A stretch of 41,325 nucleotides of DNA from a virus (Duplodnaviria > Caudoviricetes): the IMG/VR virus record IMGVR_UViG_3300020045_003191, positions 1 through 41,325 of that record; one strand, given 5' to 3'. The notes beneath the pieces are model-generated. The model saw only the letters and a program-made list of their open reading frames with translations, was not told the origin of the DNA and ran no database searches. The stretch's first letter is position 1. Every line of letters starts with the position of its first letter. The position numbers and the translations under genes are program-made. Below, one piece after another: positions 25,643-35,952 of this stretch.

Positions 25643-25669
25643 CCCCGCCCTGTGTTTAGCAGGGCGGGG
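25643..25669 (+). terminator. Hairpin after the head genes
   Basis: CCCCGCCCTG-tgtttag-CAGGGCGGGG. Confidence 0.6.
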
Positions 25670-25674
25670 GGAAA

Positions 25675-26313
25675 GTGTATCCAGTGGCAAACGATTACAC
25701 AAGTTCAACCGATGCTTTTGGCGATATGTCAGAGGGTAACTATACATCCTCAGACTATCCACAAATGGCGTCTTTTGTAACCGCCGCCTCGCGTCTCGTT
25801 GATTTAGAAATGGGGCGTTGGGATGGATTTTTCTATCCCACAACAGACAGCGCGGTACTGTACTATGACGGCACGGGCGAAGCAGAGCAACCTATTGATG
25901 AATTTGTATCCATTAGTGAGGTTGCAGTATCAGAGCAAGGCTCGCTAACGTCAACCGATTACACTGCGTGGACATTGAACACGGATTACCTAGTCAAGCC
26001 ATACAACTACGCCACAAAGCTAAAGCCAATAAACTGCCTTGCACTCGTGGATTATAACGGGACGAAGGGCGCATTTTATGGCTATCAAAAGGCTGTTCGT
26101 GTGACGGGTATCCCCGGTTACTCTGCAACCATCCCCGACGTTATTGCACTCGCAACCCGTATGCAGGCAGTTCGCTATTTCATGCGGGCGAAGCAGGGCT
26201 ATCAGGATACGGGTGTACAAGCGGACATGGGCGGCATGACCATTAAGGGCAAGTTGGAACTTGACCCCGACATAAAGGCTTTACTCTATCCGCTGAAATT
26301 GGAGTTGGGATAA
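25675..26313 (+). CDS. Head-tail adaptor (gp6/gp15-like)
   Basis: AASRLVD...GR; VRVTG..GY..IPDVI..A; LDPDIKALL. Confidence 0.8.
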   Translation: MYPVANDYTSSTDAFGDMSEGNYTSSDYPQMASFVTAASRLVDLEMGRWDGFFYPTTDSAVLYYDGTGEAEQPIDEFVSISEVAVSEQGSLTSTDYTAWTLNTDYLVKPYNYATKLKPINCLALVDYNGTKGAFYGYQKAVRVTGIPGYSATIPDVIALATRMQAVRYFMRAKQGYQDTGVQADMGGMTIKGKLELDPDIKALLYPLKLELG

Positions 26314-26750
26314 TGGCTGATGAAGTTGCCAATGCGGTAGCGCGTGTTCAGGACATCGTACAGGCTGTCACGTCTGTTACTTTCAAATCATTCCCTGATT
26401 ACCCTATCGAGAATGCAGACCCATTCCCCATGAGTGTAGCCTACATGAGCGGCGGCGCATTCATGGCGACCAACGCCACAACAACACTTCTATTCCCTAT
26501 TATTCGTGCGGAGTTCCATTTTAGCCGCGTGAATTTGAAGCGTGTTTATCAAGATATTTACAACGTCGCGATTGAATTTTCTCGCAGATTGGCAGGCGAC
26601 CCGACATTAAATGCAACTGTTCAAACCATTGTAGCAACAGGCGACCAGCCGCTAACCTTTACCACACGCCCTTTCAATTGGGGTACGGTGCAAAGCGAAG
26701 CATTGATTTTTGAAATACCTATCAAACTAATGAAAGCACCTTTGACATGA
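26313..26750 (+). CDS. Tail completion/terminator protein
   Basis: Size, position, DPTLNATV motif. Confidence 0.6.
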   Translation: MADEVANAVARVQDIVQAVTSVTFKSFPDYPIENADPFPMSVAYMSGGAFMATNATTTLLFPIIRAEFHFSRVNLKRVYQDIYNVAIEFSRRLAGDPTLNATVQTIVATGDQPLTFTTRPFNWGTVQSEALIFEIPIKLMKAPLT

Positions 26751-27886
26751 AAAATACCGTTGCCATTGTAGGTTCACATCCCCGCACGCGTGGCGAGTTC
26801 GATTTTCAGCGAACCGACTGCGATGTTTGGGTATTCAATGAAGCTATCTCGAATAACTCATTACCGCGTGCCGATGCTGTATTCCAGATGCACGAAGAAG
26901 CGATTTGGCGCAATCCCGCCAACCGCAACGACCCGAAACATTATGACTGGTTACGATCACAAATGGCGGTGGATGTGTATATGCAGGAAGTGTACCCAGA
27001 CGTGATTCGCTCTGTCCGCTTCCCGTTGGAAGAAATACAGGAGCGTTTTCATATCTCCTACTTTACTTCATCGGTTGCGTACGCGCTCGCGCTCGCGTGC
27101 GTACGCGGGTACAAGCGTGTTGAATTGTACGGCGTGGAAATGGAGACGAACACAGAATACCAATATCAGCGGGACGGTGTGACGTTCTGGATTGGTGTTG
27201 CGTTGGGATGCGGGATGGAAGTAGACGCACACGTAAGCATGTTTGAGCAACCATTATACGGCTATCAGGGTGAGGTTACTGTACCTTACGAAAGGTTTGA
27301 AAGCAGAATTGCAGAACTTCGCCCGAAGCTGGAGCAAATGTCAATCGAATACCGCGCCGGTATGGGTATTATCCAAAACGCTTTCAATCTGTTTATCAAT
27401 GACGGCTCGGCTGAAAACGAAGGTAATCTATATGCCATTGTACAAAAGCAGTGCGGACTCGGTGAGGCAATGGGCATGATTGACGGTGCGTTGCAGGAAA
27501 ATGAAAAGTACAAAGGAAAAGCGGACAAGATGCGTGAGGTTGCTGGCGACTATTTATTTAGCCGTCAAGAGTTTGAGAGTAGCGCAAAGAACCTGACAGA
27601 CCGCGCCGCTAAAGCACATGAAGAGTTTATATCTCACGGTACGGTACTCGGAGTTATCCACGACAATATCAAACGTTCCGCAAAGCAAAGCCCGAAGCGG
27701 TTGAAGCTGGCGCATGAGTACATAAAGCAACTGGATACCTATTTCAAGAAATCAAATCAGGCGTCCATTTATAGGGGTGCGAGTAACGAGAATTACTCAT
27801 ACATGGGCTGGCTGGACAAGCACATTCGCGCGGCAGGCGGTGCAAAGTCAGAGGCGGTCTTGTTGGAGGCGTTGCAAAATGCTTAA
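26747..27886 (+). CDS. Sugar/acyl transferase-like protein (sialyltransferase/MptE-like fold) with helical C-terminus
   Basis: VAIVGS...DVWVFN...TSSVAYALALA...GYKRVELYGVEM. Confidence 0.6.
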   Translation: MKNTVAIVGSHPRTRGEFDFQRTDCDVWVFNEAISNNSLPRADAVFQMHEEAIWRNPANRNDPKHYDWLRSQMAVDVYMQEVYPDVIRSVRFPLEEIQERFHISYFTSSVAYALALACVRGYKRVELYGVEMETNTEYQYQRDGVTFWIGVALGCGMEVDAHVSMFEQPLYGYQGEVTVPYERFESRIAELRPKLEQMSIEYRAGMGIIQNAFNLFINDGSAENEGNLYAIVQKQCGLGEAMGMIDGALQENEKYKGKADKMREVAGDYLFSRQEFESSAKNLTDRAAKAHEEFISHGTVLGVIHDNIKRSAKQSPKRLKLAHEYIKQLDTYFKKSNQASIYRGASNENYSYMGWLDKHIRAAGGAKSEAVLLEALQNA

Positions 27887-28382
27887 CTGGTTTGCTCCCT
27901 CAAAGCCCGCTGATTTGAAGCCTGTACCGTGGCTATCTCAAAATGCGACAAGTTATTTTGAGACTGTCCTGTCTCCTAATATGGAAGTATTGGAGTTTGG
28001 TTCGGGCGGGTCTACCTTGTGGTTATCAGAGCGCGTCAAGTATGTAACGTCCGTTGAGAATGATTACCAATGGATGAAAGAAGTCAAAGCACAGGCAGGC
28101 AATAACGTCCTTATGCTTATGGACTTAAGTTATATCTCGCGCAAGAGACAATTTGATATGGTGTTTATTGACGGCGAACCGGTTGGGTTAAGGGCTGATT
28201 GGATTCAAGCCGCGCCCTTTTTGGTGTGTAAGGACGGATGGGTAGTATTGGATAATGCCAATCGCCCCGAATACGCTTTGGAGCGTGAGGGCTTGTCCCA
28301 TCACGCAGACCTTATCCAGACCGTGAACGGTAACAGCGGTGGGACGCGTTATCTGGTAACTGAGTTTTGGAGGGTGCGATAA
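27879..28382 (+). CDS. Class I SAM-dependent methyltransferase
   Basis: VLEFGSGGST, VTSVEND, FDMVFIDG, VVLDN. Confidence 0.88.
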   Translation: MLNWFAPSKPADLKPVPWLSQNATSYFETVLSPNMEVLEFGSGGSTLWLSERVKYVTSVENDYQWMKEVKAQAGNNVLMLMDLSYISRKRQFDMVFIDGEPVGLRADWIQAAPFLVCKDGWVVLDNANRPEYALEREGLSHHADLIQTVNGNSGGTRYLVTEFWRVR

Positions 28383-29227
28383 TGCCACGCGTCGGACAGA
28401 ACCCCAACAAAGCCGCGCTGGGTGACGGTGCGTTGAATGTCCCTGTTCAATTGGCGGTAATCACACACCTACCCAACAGAACAACCGCCTATCATTCACA
28501 GAGGCTTGAGGTTGTTAAGGCGTGCCTTACCACCATGAGAATGTATGCAGGTGTTGACCATAACTTTATCGTATGGGATAACGGCTCATGCAGGGCATTG
28601 ACGGACTGGCTACAGTACGAGTTTATTCCTGATATTTTGGTACTCTCTCCAAACATCGGAAAAAACTCCGCCCGATATGCGCTTGTCAATATGTGCAATC
28701 CAAAATCAATCTTTTGTTATTCAGATGATGACATGCTGTTTTTTCCGAATTGGTTACAGCCGCAAATAGATTTACTCAAACACTTCCCCAACGTCGCAAG
28801 CGTGAGCGGGTATCCCGTCCGAACTGCCTTTCGGTGGGGCGTTACGAATACCTTGAAATGGTCAAACGCAAACGGCAAGGTAACATCCGGCAAACTCATG
28901 CCCCAAGAGTGGGAGGATGATTTTGCCGTATCGCTTGGACGTGATGTTAATTGGCACGCGGGCTATACAAAGGATGATATTGATTATCAGGTAGAGTACA
29001 AGGGCGTGAGTGCTTATTGTACGTCTCATCACTGCCAGTTTATCGGACGCGCTGGATTATTGTCAAAGATTATCAAACCCGACGGTATGGCAATGGCAGG
29101 CGAACGTGAGTTTGATGTAGCGATGGATGAAGCAGGCTTACGCCTGTCTACAACACAAAGATTGTGCCGTCATATGGGTAATGTGATGGATGAAAAAATA
29201 AAAAGTGAATTAATGCAATTTGCATAA
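28382..29227 (+). CDS. Glycosyltransferase family 2 (GT-A)
   Basis: IVWDNGS, NIGK..AR, YSDDD (DxD). Confidence 0.85.
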   Translation: MPRVGQNPNKAALGDGALNVPVQLAVITHLPNRTTAYHSQRLEVVKACLTTMRMYAGVDHNFIVWDNGSCRALTDWLQYEFIPDILVLSPNIGKNSARYALVNMCNPKSIFCYSDDDMLFFPNWLQPQIDLLKHFPNVASVSGYPVRTAFRWGVTNTLKWSNANGKVTSGKLMPQEWEDDFAVSLGRDVNWHAGYTKDDIDYQVEYKGVSAYCTSHHCQFIGRAGLLSKIIKPDGMAMAGEREFDVAMDEAGLRLSTTQRLCRHMGNVMDEKIKSELMQFA

Positions 29228-29240
29228 TAGGAGATAAATT

Positions 29241-30272
29241 ATGGCTACTGGTGTTAATGCCCTAGAGAAAACATTGATTGGACAAGAGACAGCCGCGGGA
29301 ACGGCGGTGACTTGTACCACAAATTGGCGCGGGGTTGGCAAGGGAAAGAACCGCGCACAGGTTGTATTTCCTCCCGAAAGGATTGGAAAGGTTGGAGGCA
29401 CAACCCGCAAGTACATCCCGGCTACAGGTGGAGAGGTTACGTTGGAAGGTGACGCAACCTTTCAACAACTCCCCTACATAAAGCAAGCGGGTATTTACAC
29501 AACCGTCCCGACTACGGACGCGTCGAGCGCGCTTATCTGGACGTGGAATGTTCAATACAATTCCACAGACCCGCTTTCATCTTCCGACCTGACTACCCTC
29601 ACAATTGAGACGGGTGACAACATCAACGTTGATAAGCACGCTTATTGTTTCGTTCGTGAGTACACCGAATCAGGCAAGCAGGGCGAAGGCTTGCAGGTAT
29701 CGGCTACCCTTCAATCGCGCGCGCCGTCCACATCCTCCGCGTTTTCAACGGTGGGTGATACCGACTTATACCCCGATCCTCAAACCATTCTTGCGTCTAT
29801 GGTCACTCTGTCCATTGATGACGCAACAGGAACGCCCGGCACAACGGCGGTAACTGAAACATATTTAGCGCACACTCTCAAACATACTACGGGCTGGGTC
29901 GCTACAGAGGCGCGTGATGGTCGCCTTGACTTTTCAAGTATCAAGCATATTGACGATGAGATCATGCTTGACTTGACGTTTGAACATAGCACAGCGGCGG
30001 AGACTGAGAAGGCGGCATGGCTGGCAGGGACAGAGCGCGTTATCCGTCTGCATTTTGCGGGGTCTGCTTTAACTACCACGTCGGGAGGGACGTATGATAC
30101 TTTCGCCTATCGTATGACGCTATACGGAACATGGATGACGTTTGGCTCGGAAGGTCTGGAAGAACAGAACGGCGACAATATTTATAAGGGTACATTCCGA
30201 TGTGCCTATTCCAGCGCGGGCAACGCCAAAGCCACGTTTGTGATTGTCAATGAAACAACGGCTTTGCCGTAG
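29241..30272 (+). CDS. Major tail (tube) protein
   Basis: IGQETAAGTAV N-terminus, Thr-rich, ends VNETTALP; precedes chaperone and TMP. Confidence 0.75.
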   Translation: MATGVNALEKTLIGQETAAGTAVTCTTNWRGVGKGKNRAQVVFPPERIGKVGGTTRKYIPATGGEVTLEGDATFQQLPYIKQAGIYTTVPTTDASSALIWTWNVQYNSTDPLSSSDLTTLTIETGDNINVDKHAYCFVREYTESGKQGEGLQVSATLQSRAPSTSSAFSTVGDTDLYPDPQTILASMVTLSIDDATGTPGTTAVTETYLAHTLKHTTGWVATEARDGRLDFSSIKHIDDEIMLDLTFEHSTAAETEKAAWLAGTERVIRLHFAGSALTTTSGGTYDTFAYRMTLYGTWMTFGSEGLEEQNGDNIYKGTFRCAYSSAGNAKATFVIVNETTALP

Positions 30273-30284
30273 AAAAGCGGAGAG

Positions 30285-30635
30285 ATGCTTAAATTTAGTA
30301 TTACATCGGATAGGTTTGCGGAGGCTTGCAATATTCTTGAATATGTAAGCGTCCAGAATGGTAATAAAAATATCGCCCTCAGTGTCATTCATCGTTTTTT
30401 GGTAGACAAGGACGGTGAGTATGTAGTCAAGATTATTCTTGACGAAGAGGGCGATATACAAAAGCTAGAGAATGACACAGACGCGCGCATTATGATGACC
30501 GCCATTACCCCACAACGTTCAGAAAAGCTGATTAATCAGCTTGTGGAGGCGGCGAAGGCAATCGTAAACCCTCCGAAAGGCGGGGACTCGAACAAGCCTA
30601 TCTTAGCGGAGTCAGAAAAGCCCCCGGCTGGATAG
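30285..30635 (+). CDS. Tail assembly chaperone; predicted -1 frameshift product extends to 30784
   Basis: Between tail tube and TMP; -1 frame open 30563-30784 from CGTAAACCCT. Confidence 0.7.
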   Translation: MLKFSITSDRFAEACNILEYVSVQNGNKNIALSVIHRFLVDKDGEYVVKIILDEEGDIQKLENDTDARIMMTAITPQRSEKLINQLVEAAKAIVNPPKGGDSNKPILAESEKPPAG

Positions 30636-30783
30636 TGTATAGCGAGTTTGCCGCCGCACAATTTACGCCCGTATGGAAAATATTTGGCGGGTCGAAAACG
30701 TTATGGTATGCCCGCCATGAAGCAATACGCACGGCTGAAATAAAGCGCGCTGATAAGATAAAAAGAGACATGGAGAAAAGATA

Positions 30784-32865
30784 ATGCCCGCTCGCGTACA
30801 GATCGTAGTCGAAACAAAAGACGTGTCATCTGGAATTTTGCGCGGCATTACCGGGCAGTTCGGGCAGTTGGGTTCTGTTGTAGAGGAGATGACCGCCAAG
30901 AACGTTAATTGGGGGAATGTCGCACAACAGGCAACCACGCTTGTTATCGAAGGCTTGAAACAATCCTACGCCGCCGCACAGGAATACAGTCAGAGCGTGC
31001 GTGATTTGAGTCTGATAACACAGACCGGGGCGGAGCAAACGTCCCGCTTTTTGCAGGTGTTGGATGATTACCAATTAACCGCCGATGACGCGACCGCCGC
31101 AAGCAAGGCACTCAAAGAAAATGGATTAGTCCCAACGATTGACACGCTCGCGGATTTGGCAGACCAATATCAATCCATAAAAGACCCCGCTGAAAAATTG
31201 GTATTTATTCAGGAGAATTTGGGCAGGGGCGGAGCAAAGTGGATTAACGTACTCAATCAACAAAGTGACGCACTTAGAAATCAAGCGGCAAATGTAGACC
31301 AGAATCTTATATTGACCGATGAAATGATAAGAAAAATGGAGCTTGCCCGCTTGGCTGGCGATGCTTGGGCGGATACGTGGCAGGGTATTCAAGTACAGGT
31401 GGGGGCGGCAATGGGGAGCATTGTAGCCGATATGGAAGATACAAAAACGGCGGCGGCAGAAGAGAGGCGTGAATTAGAGGATACAGCTAAAAGTTTAGGA
31501 ATGACTGTTGATGGATTTTTAGATTATTCTCTCGCGCTGGATGCGTCCGGGCGGGCGCAAAATAATCTAATTGCACAACAGGAAAAAACAGATTGGGCGG
31601 CGCAAGAAAAAGGAATAACAGATACAGCGGACGCCGCTAAAGACCTAGCCGTAAGCATTCAAGAGATTGATTATAAAGCCCTTATACAGGGAATCCAAAG
31701 CACACAAAGCGAGATGGATAACTACGCCAAAAAGAATCAAGAGATTGCAGAGAGTGAGCAGGTATCCATTGCTAAAAAAGCGGAACTGCTCGCGTCGATT
31801 GAAAAGCTAAAATCACAGGGCTATCAGGAAGCCGGGCAGACCATTCAGGACGTACGCGAAAATATAAAAGCGGTTGATGCTGAATTGGAAAATAACAAAA
31901 AGACACTGGCAGAGAATGAGGCGGCTCATAAAAAATGGGCGGCGCAAACCATCTTTGCCTTTGCACAAGCCCGCGCCGCCGCCGATGGAAGTATCACAGA
32001 GGGAGAGGGTAAGGTACTGATTGAGATGGGGCAACAGTTGGGATTGTTTGACGAACAAACTGCGAAGGCAATGGAAGGCGTCAACAAAGCGTTTGAAAAT
32101 GTGGACACAGAGAATGCGGAGGAGTCTATAACGGCGGTTAAGTCTGCTTTGGAGGCGTTGACCGGGCAACCGTGGACGGTGTTTGTACAGGGTGTCTATT
32201 CGGTGACGGGAAGCACAAGCGTGGGAACGAACTGTTTTATAGAGAATACAAAAATCCTTATGCGGGATTATGTGTTCAAAAATATTCAGGATGTAGAACC
32301 GGGTGATTATGTCATATCGTATGAAGTGGAAACGGGTATGTTGAAAGAGGCAAAGGTAGCCGAAAAGATTACCCACGACAAAAGCGAAGTCAAGGACGGC
32401 TATTTACTTATTAATTACCACCTGGGCGTTACGCGTGAACATCCATTAAAGACGCCCGACGGGTGGAAGTATGCCGGTGATTTGAACGCGGGCGATACAT
32501 TGATTACACCGGAAGGGACTATAAAAGTATTCTCCATTCTTGAAATAAAGGATAATGTCACGGTATACAATTTGCATATTGATGACGAAGATCACAACTT
32601 CTTTGCAAACGGGATACTGGTACATAATGTAATTCCAAAAGCGGCACAAGGCGGGCAGGTGTACGCAGGCAAGCCCACGCTTGTAGGAGAGGCGGGGCAG
32701 GAAGTATTTGTACCACCTTCCAACGGGCGTATATTGAGCAACGCTGAAAGCCTTCATGCCATGACCATCGCAAACGGCGGAGGCGGAGGCAGTAACTATT
32801 TTTATGGTAATGTCACTCTCCAAATTGGAGATGATGACGCAAGCGGATTAATGAGCGTGAGATAA
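30784..32865 (+). CDS. Tape measure protein containing a Hint domain
   Basis: Ala/Gln-rich helical body; C-terminal A.GG.V...LVGEAGQEVFVP motif. Confidence 0.85.
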   Translation: MPARVQIVVETKDVSSGILRGITGQFGQLGSVVEEMTAKNVNWGNVAQQATTLVIEGLKQSYAAAQEYSQSVRDLSLITQTGAEQTSRFLQVLDDYQLTADDATAASKALKENGLVPTIDTLADLADQYQSIKDPAEKLVFIQENLGRGGAKWINVLNQQSDALRNQAANVDQNLILTDEMIRKMELARLAGDAWADTWQGIQVQVGAAMGSIVADMEDTKTAAAEERRELEDTAKSLGMTVDGFLDYSLALDASGRAQNNLIAQQEKTDWAAQEKGITDTADAAKDLAVSIQEIDYKALIQGIQSTQSEMDNYAKKNQEIAESEQVSIAKKAELLASIEKLKSQGYQEAGQTIQDVRENIKAVDAELENNKKTLAENEAAHKKWAAQTIFAFAQARAAADGSITEGEGKVLIEMGQQLGLFDEQTAKAMEGVNKAFENVDTENAEESITAVKSALEALTGQPWTVFVQGVYSVTGSTSVGTNCFIENTKILMRDYVFKNIQDVEPGDYVISYEVETGMLKEAKVAEKITHDKSEVKDGYLLINYHLGVTREHPLKTPDGWKYAGDLNAGDTLITPEGTIKVFSILEIKDNVTVYNLHIDDEDHNFFANGILVHNVIPKAAQGGQVYAGKPTLVGEAGQEVFVPPSNGRILSNAESLHAMTIANGGGGGSNYFYGNVTLQIGDDDASGLMSVR
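32233..32628 (+). other. 132-aa Hint (intein-like) domain with no endonuclease; +1 residue is Val
   Basis: CFIENTKI...IQDVEPGD...VTREHPL...VYNL...HNFFANGILVHN/V. Confidence 0.9.
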
Positions 32866-32866
32866 C

Positions 32867-34894
32867 ATGATACTTCATCCATATTCCATTGAAGATCGTT
32901 ATGGTACGGTCACGGTAATAGGTAGCACCGATTCGACGCTAAATTGGGAGTCAACTGATTACAATGCCAAGTTTCCACGCGCCGCCGCAAATCTGCAAAT
33001 GGAAACCAACGCGTCGTATATCAAGCGTGCCGGGGCTGTTCCTGTCTATTCAGGCAAGGATTACAAACCGCATACGATGGTACTGGAAATTATTTGTAAA
33101 CACGATACACAAACGCTATTCAGCACCCTTAACCAGCTATTCGACACAAAGGACGAAACGCCGCGCCAGTTAATTTGCATTGACGTTGAAAACAGCGACA
33201 AGCAGTATTATATTTATGTCACCCCCACGAAGGTTTTAGGCGGGCATGATGGGACAATGGTCACGGTCACACTGGCAATAGATGACCCTGTATGGCAGAG
33301 TGTTTCCTATAACTCGCAGACGTTCGGGATTGCTACTGCTACCGATTCCACAAGCGTGACAGTAAACGGGAATGATGAAAGCTATCCTATATTTGAAGTG
33401 ACACCCACTTCCCAAACGTCAACCGATTACCGCTATTCAGTTTACTTGCAGGTACTTCCCACTTCTACCGACCCGTGGAATAACCGCCGTATCAACATCA
33501 CGGGCGATACGTCAACCACATGGGATACCGCCGCGCTTGTTACGGCTGTAAAGATGCAAGCGGACATGGATGATTTTGCCGTGTTGCAGGATGGGGTTTT
33601 TGTTGACTTTTGGCTATCAGGCGCAAACACAACTGATACAAAGGTTAACGTGGTTGCAGACATGCCGCCCGTTTATAACATGACGTTGGGTACTGCTTTG
33701 GCGTCTACCGATACCATCACGACCGTATCCTTGACGGTGAATAACGCCAACAAAAAAGCAATCAAGCAGTTGCCTAACGAGGGCAGAATTATCATTGACA
33801 CATCTTTGGGCAGTACGGACTCAGAGGAGTTTGTTTACACGGCTAAAACGGTTACGACCACAGAGCTATCTTTTACCATAAACTCGCGCGCTGTACGCGG
33901 GACAGTTGCCCTTAATCATTCAGTTGGTCACAACGTCCGATTCCTCCCTTATGACTTTACGCTTGTATACGGTAAAGCCTCCGCAACCGCGCCCGAAATA
34001 GATGATACTTATAAACCGATTTCATCCCTTGCGGATAATAACTCGACCTTTACCTATACACAATTTTATAACGTAGCCGCCACGCGTGCGGGTATATGGA
34101 AGCCCGAAGTCACGCGCGTATCAAATCCGCAATTGACAAACTCAGGCTATTACACATCCACAAACGACGCGGGAGACACAGACCCCGCCTCCGCGATGGG
34201 CGTGCGTGCGGAGAGCTACGAATCAAACGGCGTTTGGAATGCAGACACAATTACCATACTTTGGAAAAACTATTTCCCTGAAATTGTATCCAGTGTTTCG
34301 GCGTCTGGTTATCAAATCCAAACGGTAGCAGGCAGACCGTCCTTTAAGTTGCAGTCAAGCCCAGATGACCAGACATGGGCGACGCTCGCCACAGTAGCCG
34401 CGCAATCAGCAACGGATTATTCGACCTGGACGGCGTGGACTATTTCATCCTCTGATTTGACCATCCCCACGGGCACAACTTATTTACGCTTTATACAGAA
34501 CGGGTCAATCACAGGCTCTACCGATAATTACGCCCGCGTAAGTGTTGAAGCGGTGACGGTTGCAATTACCAATAATCCCCATGTAATGATACGTGCGGAG
34601 GCGGCAAACGTACAGGCGAATTTTAAGATTGTCAATTCCACAACGGGCGATTATTTTATAATCAATTTTCCAATGGCAACCAGTGAGACACTTTATATTG
34701 ACACAAATCCAGACTTTCCAACCGTGACCTATAAGGGCAAAGTGGTTAATGGGTGTATAAAATTATCCACTGTTCGTTCCAAGTGGCTGGTACTTAGACC
34801 GGGTACAAATACAATAGGATTTGAAACCCAGAAAAGCGATGTAGACCCAATGAATATCGTTATAAAGTTTAAAGACAGGGCGAACTTTTTCTAA
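32867..34894 (+). CDS. Distal tail/baseplate protein with inserted domains
   Basis: Follows TMP; DPVW, VNGNDESYP, WLVLRPGTNTI Dit-like motifs. Confidence 0.7.
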   Translation: MILHPYSIEDRYGTVTVIGSTDSTLNWESTDYNAKFPRAAANLQMETNASYIKRAGAVPVYSGKDYKPHTMVLEIICKHDTQTLFSTLNQLFDTKDETPRQLICIDVENSDKQYYIYVTPTKVLGGHDGTMVTVTLAIDDPVWQSVSYNSQTFGIATATDSTSVTVNGNDESYPIFEVTPTSQTSTDYRYSVYLQVLPTSTDPWNNRRINITGDTSTTWDTAALVTAVKMQADMDDFAVLQDGVFVDFWLSGANTTDTKVNVVADMPPVYNMTLGTALASTDTITTVSLTVNNANKKAIKQLPNEGRIIIDTSLGSTDSEEFVYTAKTVTTTELSFTINSRAVRGTVALNHSVGHNVRFLPYDFTLVYGKASATAPEIDDTYKPISSLADNNSTFTYTQFYNVAATRAGIWKPEVTRVSNPQLTNSGYYTSTNDAGDTDPASAMGVRAESYESNGVWNADTITILWKNYFPEIVSSVSASGYQIQTVAGRPSFKLQSSPDDQTWATLATVAAQSATDYSTWTAWTISSSDLTIPTGTTYLRFIQNGSITGSTDNYARVSVEAVTVAITNNPHVMIRAEAANVQANFKIVNSTTGDYFIINFPMATSETLYIDTNPDFPTVTYKGKVVNGCIKLSTVRSKWLVLRPGTNTIGFETQKSDVDPMNIVIKFKDRANFF

Positions 34895-35952
34895 TGTGGC
34901 TCTCCACCTCCTCATTCCCGAAGGATCGGGTGCGCGTTTTTGATAGAAGCGGTATCCCTATCGCAGAGTTTAACGCGGCTGTTGAACGCTCATGGGTATT
35001 GAACGACGAAGGGCGGGCGCAATTTACCTACCCGTCACGCAAAACGCAGATCGTTAATCCGAAGGTACTAAACTTTGGGAACTGGCTATTGATTGAAAAC
35101 AACCTGTTACCTGATTGGGTGGGAGTGATTGACACGCCGCAGGAATGGGATACCCGCTCTGTTACCGTATCAGCCTATTCACCGGAACACGTTTTCAGTT
35201 TTCGGCGCGGTCCCGTGGAAGAGACCATAAAAGGTTCTGCGGGTTCGATATTTGGCAAGCTGATAAATAAAGTCAATCAGGCAGAGGCGACCATTTTGCA
35301 GGTTGGGTCATTGTGGACGGGCGGCGAACAGCGCGAAGAGACTCTTAACCCCATCCTGCTTAGTGAGAGTTTGCGGAGAATACGGGAACGAAGTCTGGAA
35401 GAATACGAGTTTATCCCGCAGATTGACAAAAACGAACGCTTGCGGGTGATTGGTAATTGGTCGCAAAAAATAGGACGTGATACATCCATACTGTTACATG
35501 AAGGCAAGGGCGGCGGGAATGTCGAGGCGGTGGGGCGTATCATGGTTGTAGACGGCACGATTGTAAATGACCTGCTGGGGTATGGCGAAGGCGAAACGTG
35601 GAAGTCGAAGCCGATGTTTACCGCCAAAGATAAACAGAGTATCGGCAAATACGGGCTTAGGCAGGGGTCGGAGGAGTTTGAGAATTCGACTCAAGCCTCT
35701 ATACAAAGTAATACCATAAAAAAGTTGCAGGAATATGAAAACATCCCCAACACATTCAGGCTAAACGCTTTGAATTTGGGTGCTACGTGGAAGTATATTC
35801 GCATGGGTAATACCTTGACGCTACGCTTTCAAAACATCGGCTTTGGTAATACGGGTATCGGATATGAGACGGTAGTTAGAATCGTTGGCATGGTGTATGA
35901 GCCGAACAGTAAAAACAAAGTAGAGTTGACAGTATCAGAGGTGACAGTATGA
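34894..35952 (+). CDS. Minor tail / baseplate hub protein
   Basis: Position; SIGKYGLR, IRMGNTL..RIVG motifs. Confidence 0.65.
   Translation: MWLSTSSFPKDRVRVFDRSGIPIAEFNAAVERSWVLNDEGRAQFTYPSRKTQIVNPKVLNFGNWLLIENNLLPDWVGVIDTPQEWDTRSVTVSAYSPEHVFSFRRGPVEETIKGSAGSIFGKLINKVNQAEATILQVGSLWTGGEQREETLNPILLSESLRRIRERSLEEYEFIPQIDKNERLRVIGNWSQKIGRDTSILLHEGKGGGNVEAVGRIMVVDGTIVNDLLGYGEGETWKSKPMFTAKDKQSIGKYGLRQGSEEFENSTQASIQSNTIKKLQEYENIPNTFRLNALNLGATWKYIRMGNTLTLRFQNIGFGNTGIGYETVVRIVGMVYEPNSKNKVELTVSEVTV

Noticed and set aside
32233-32628. Canonical splicing intein
   Set aside because: The +1 residue is Val rather than Cys, Ser or Thr
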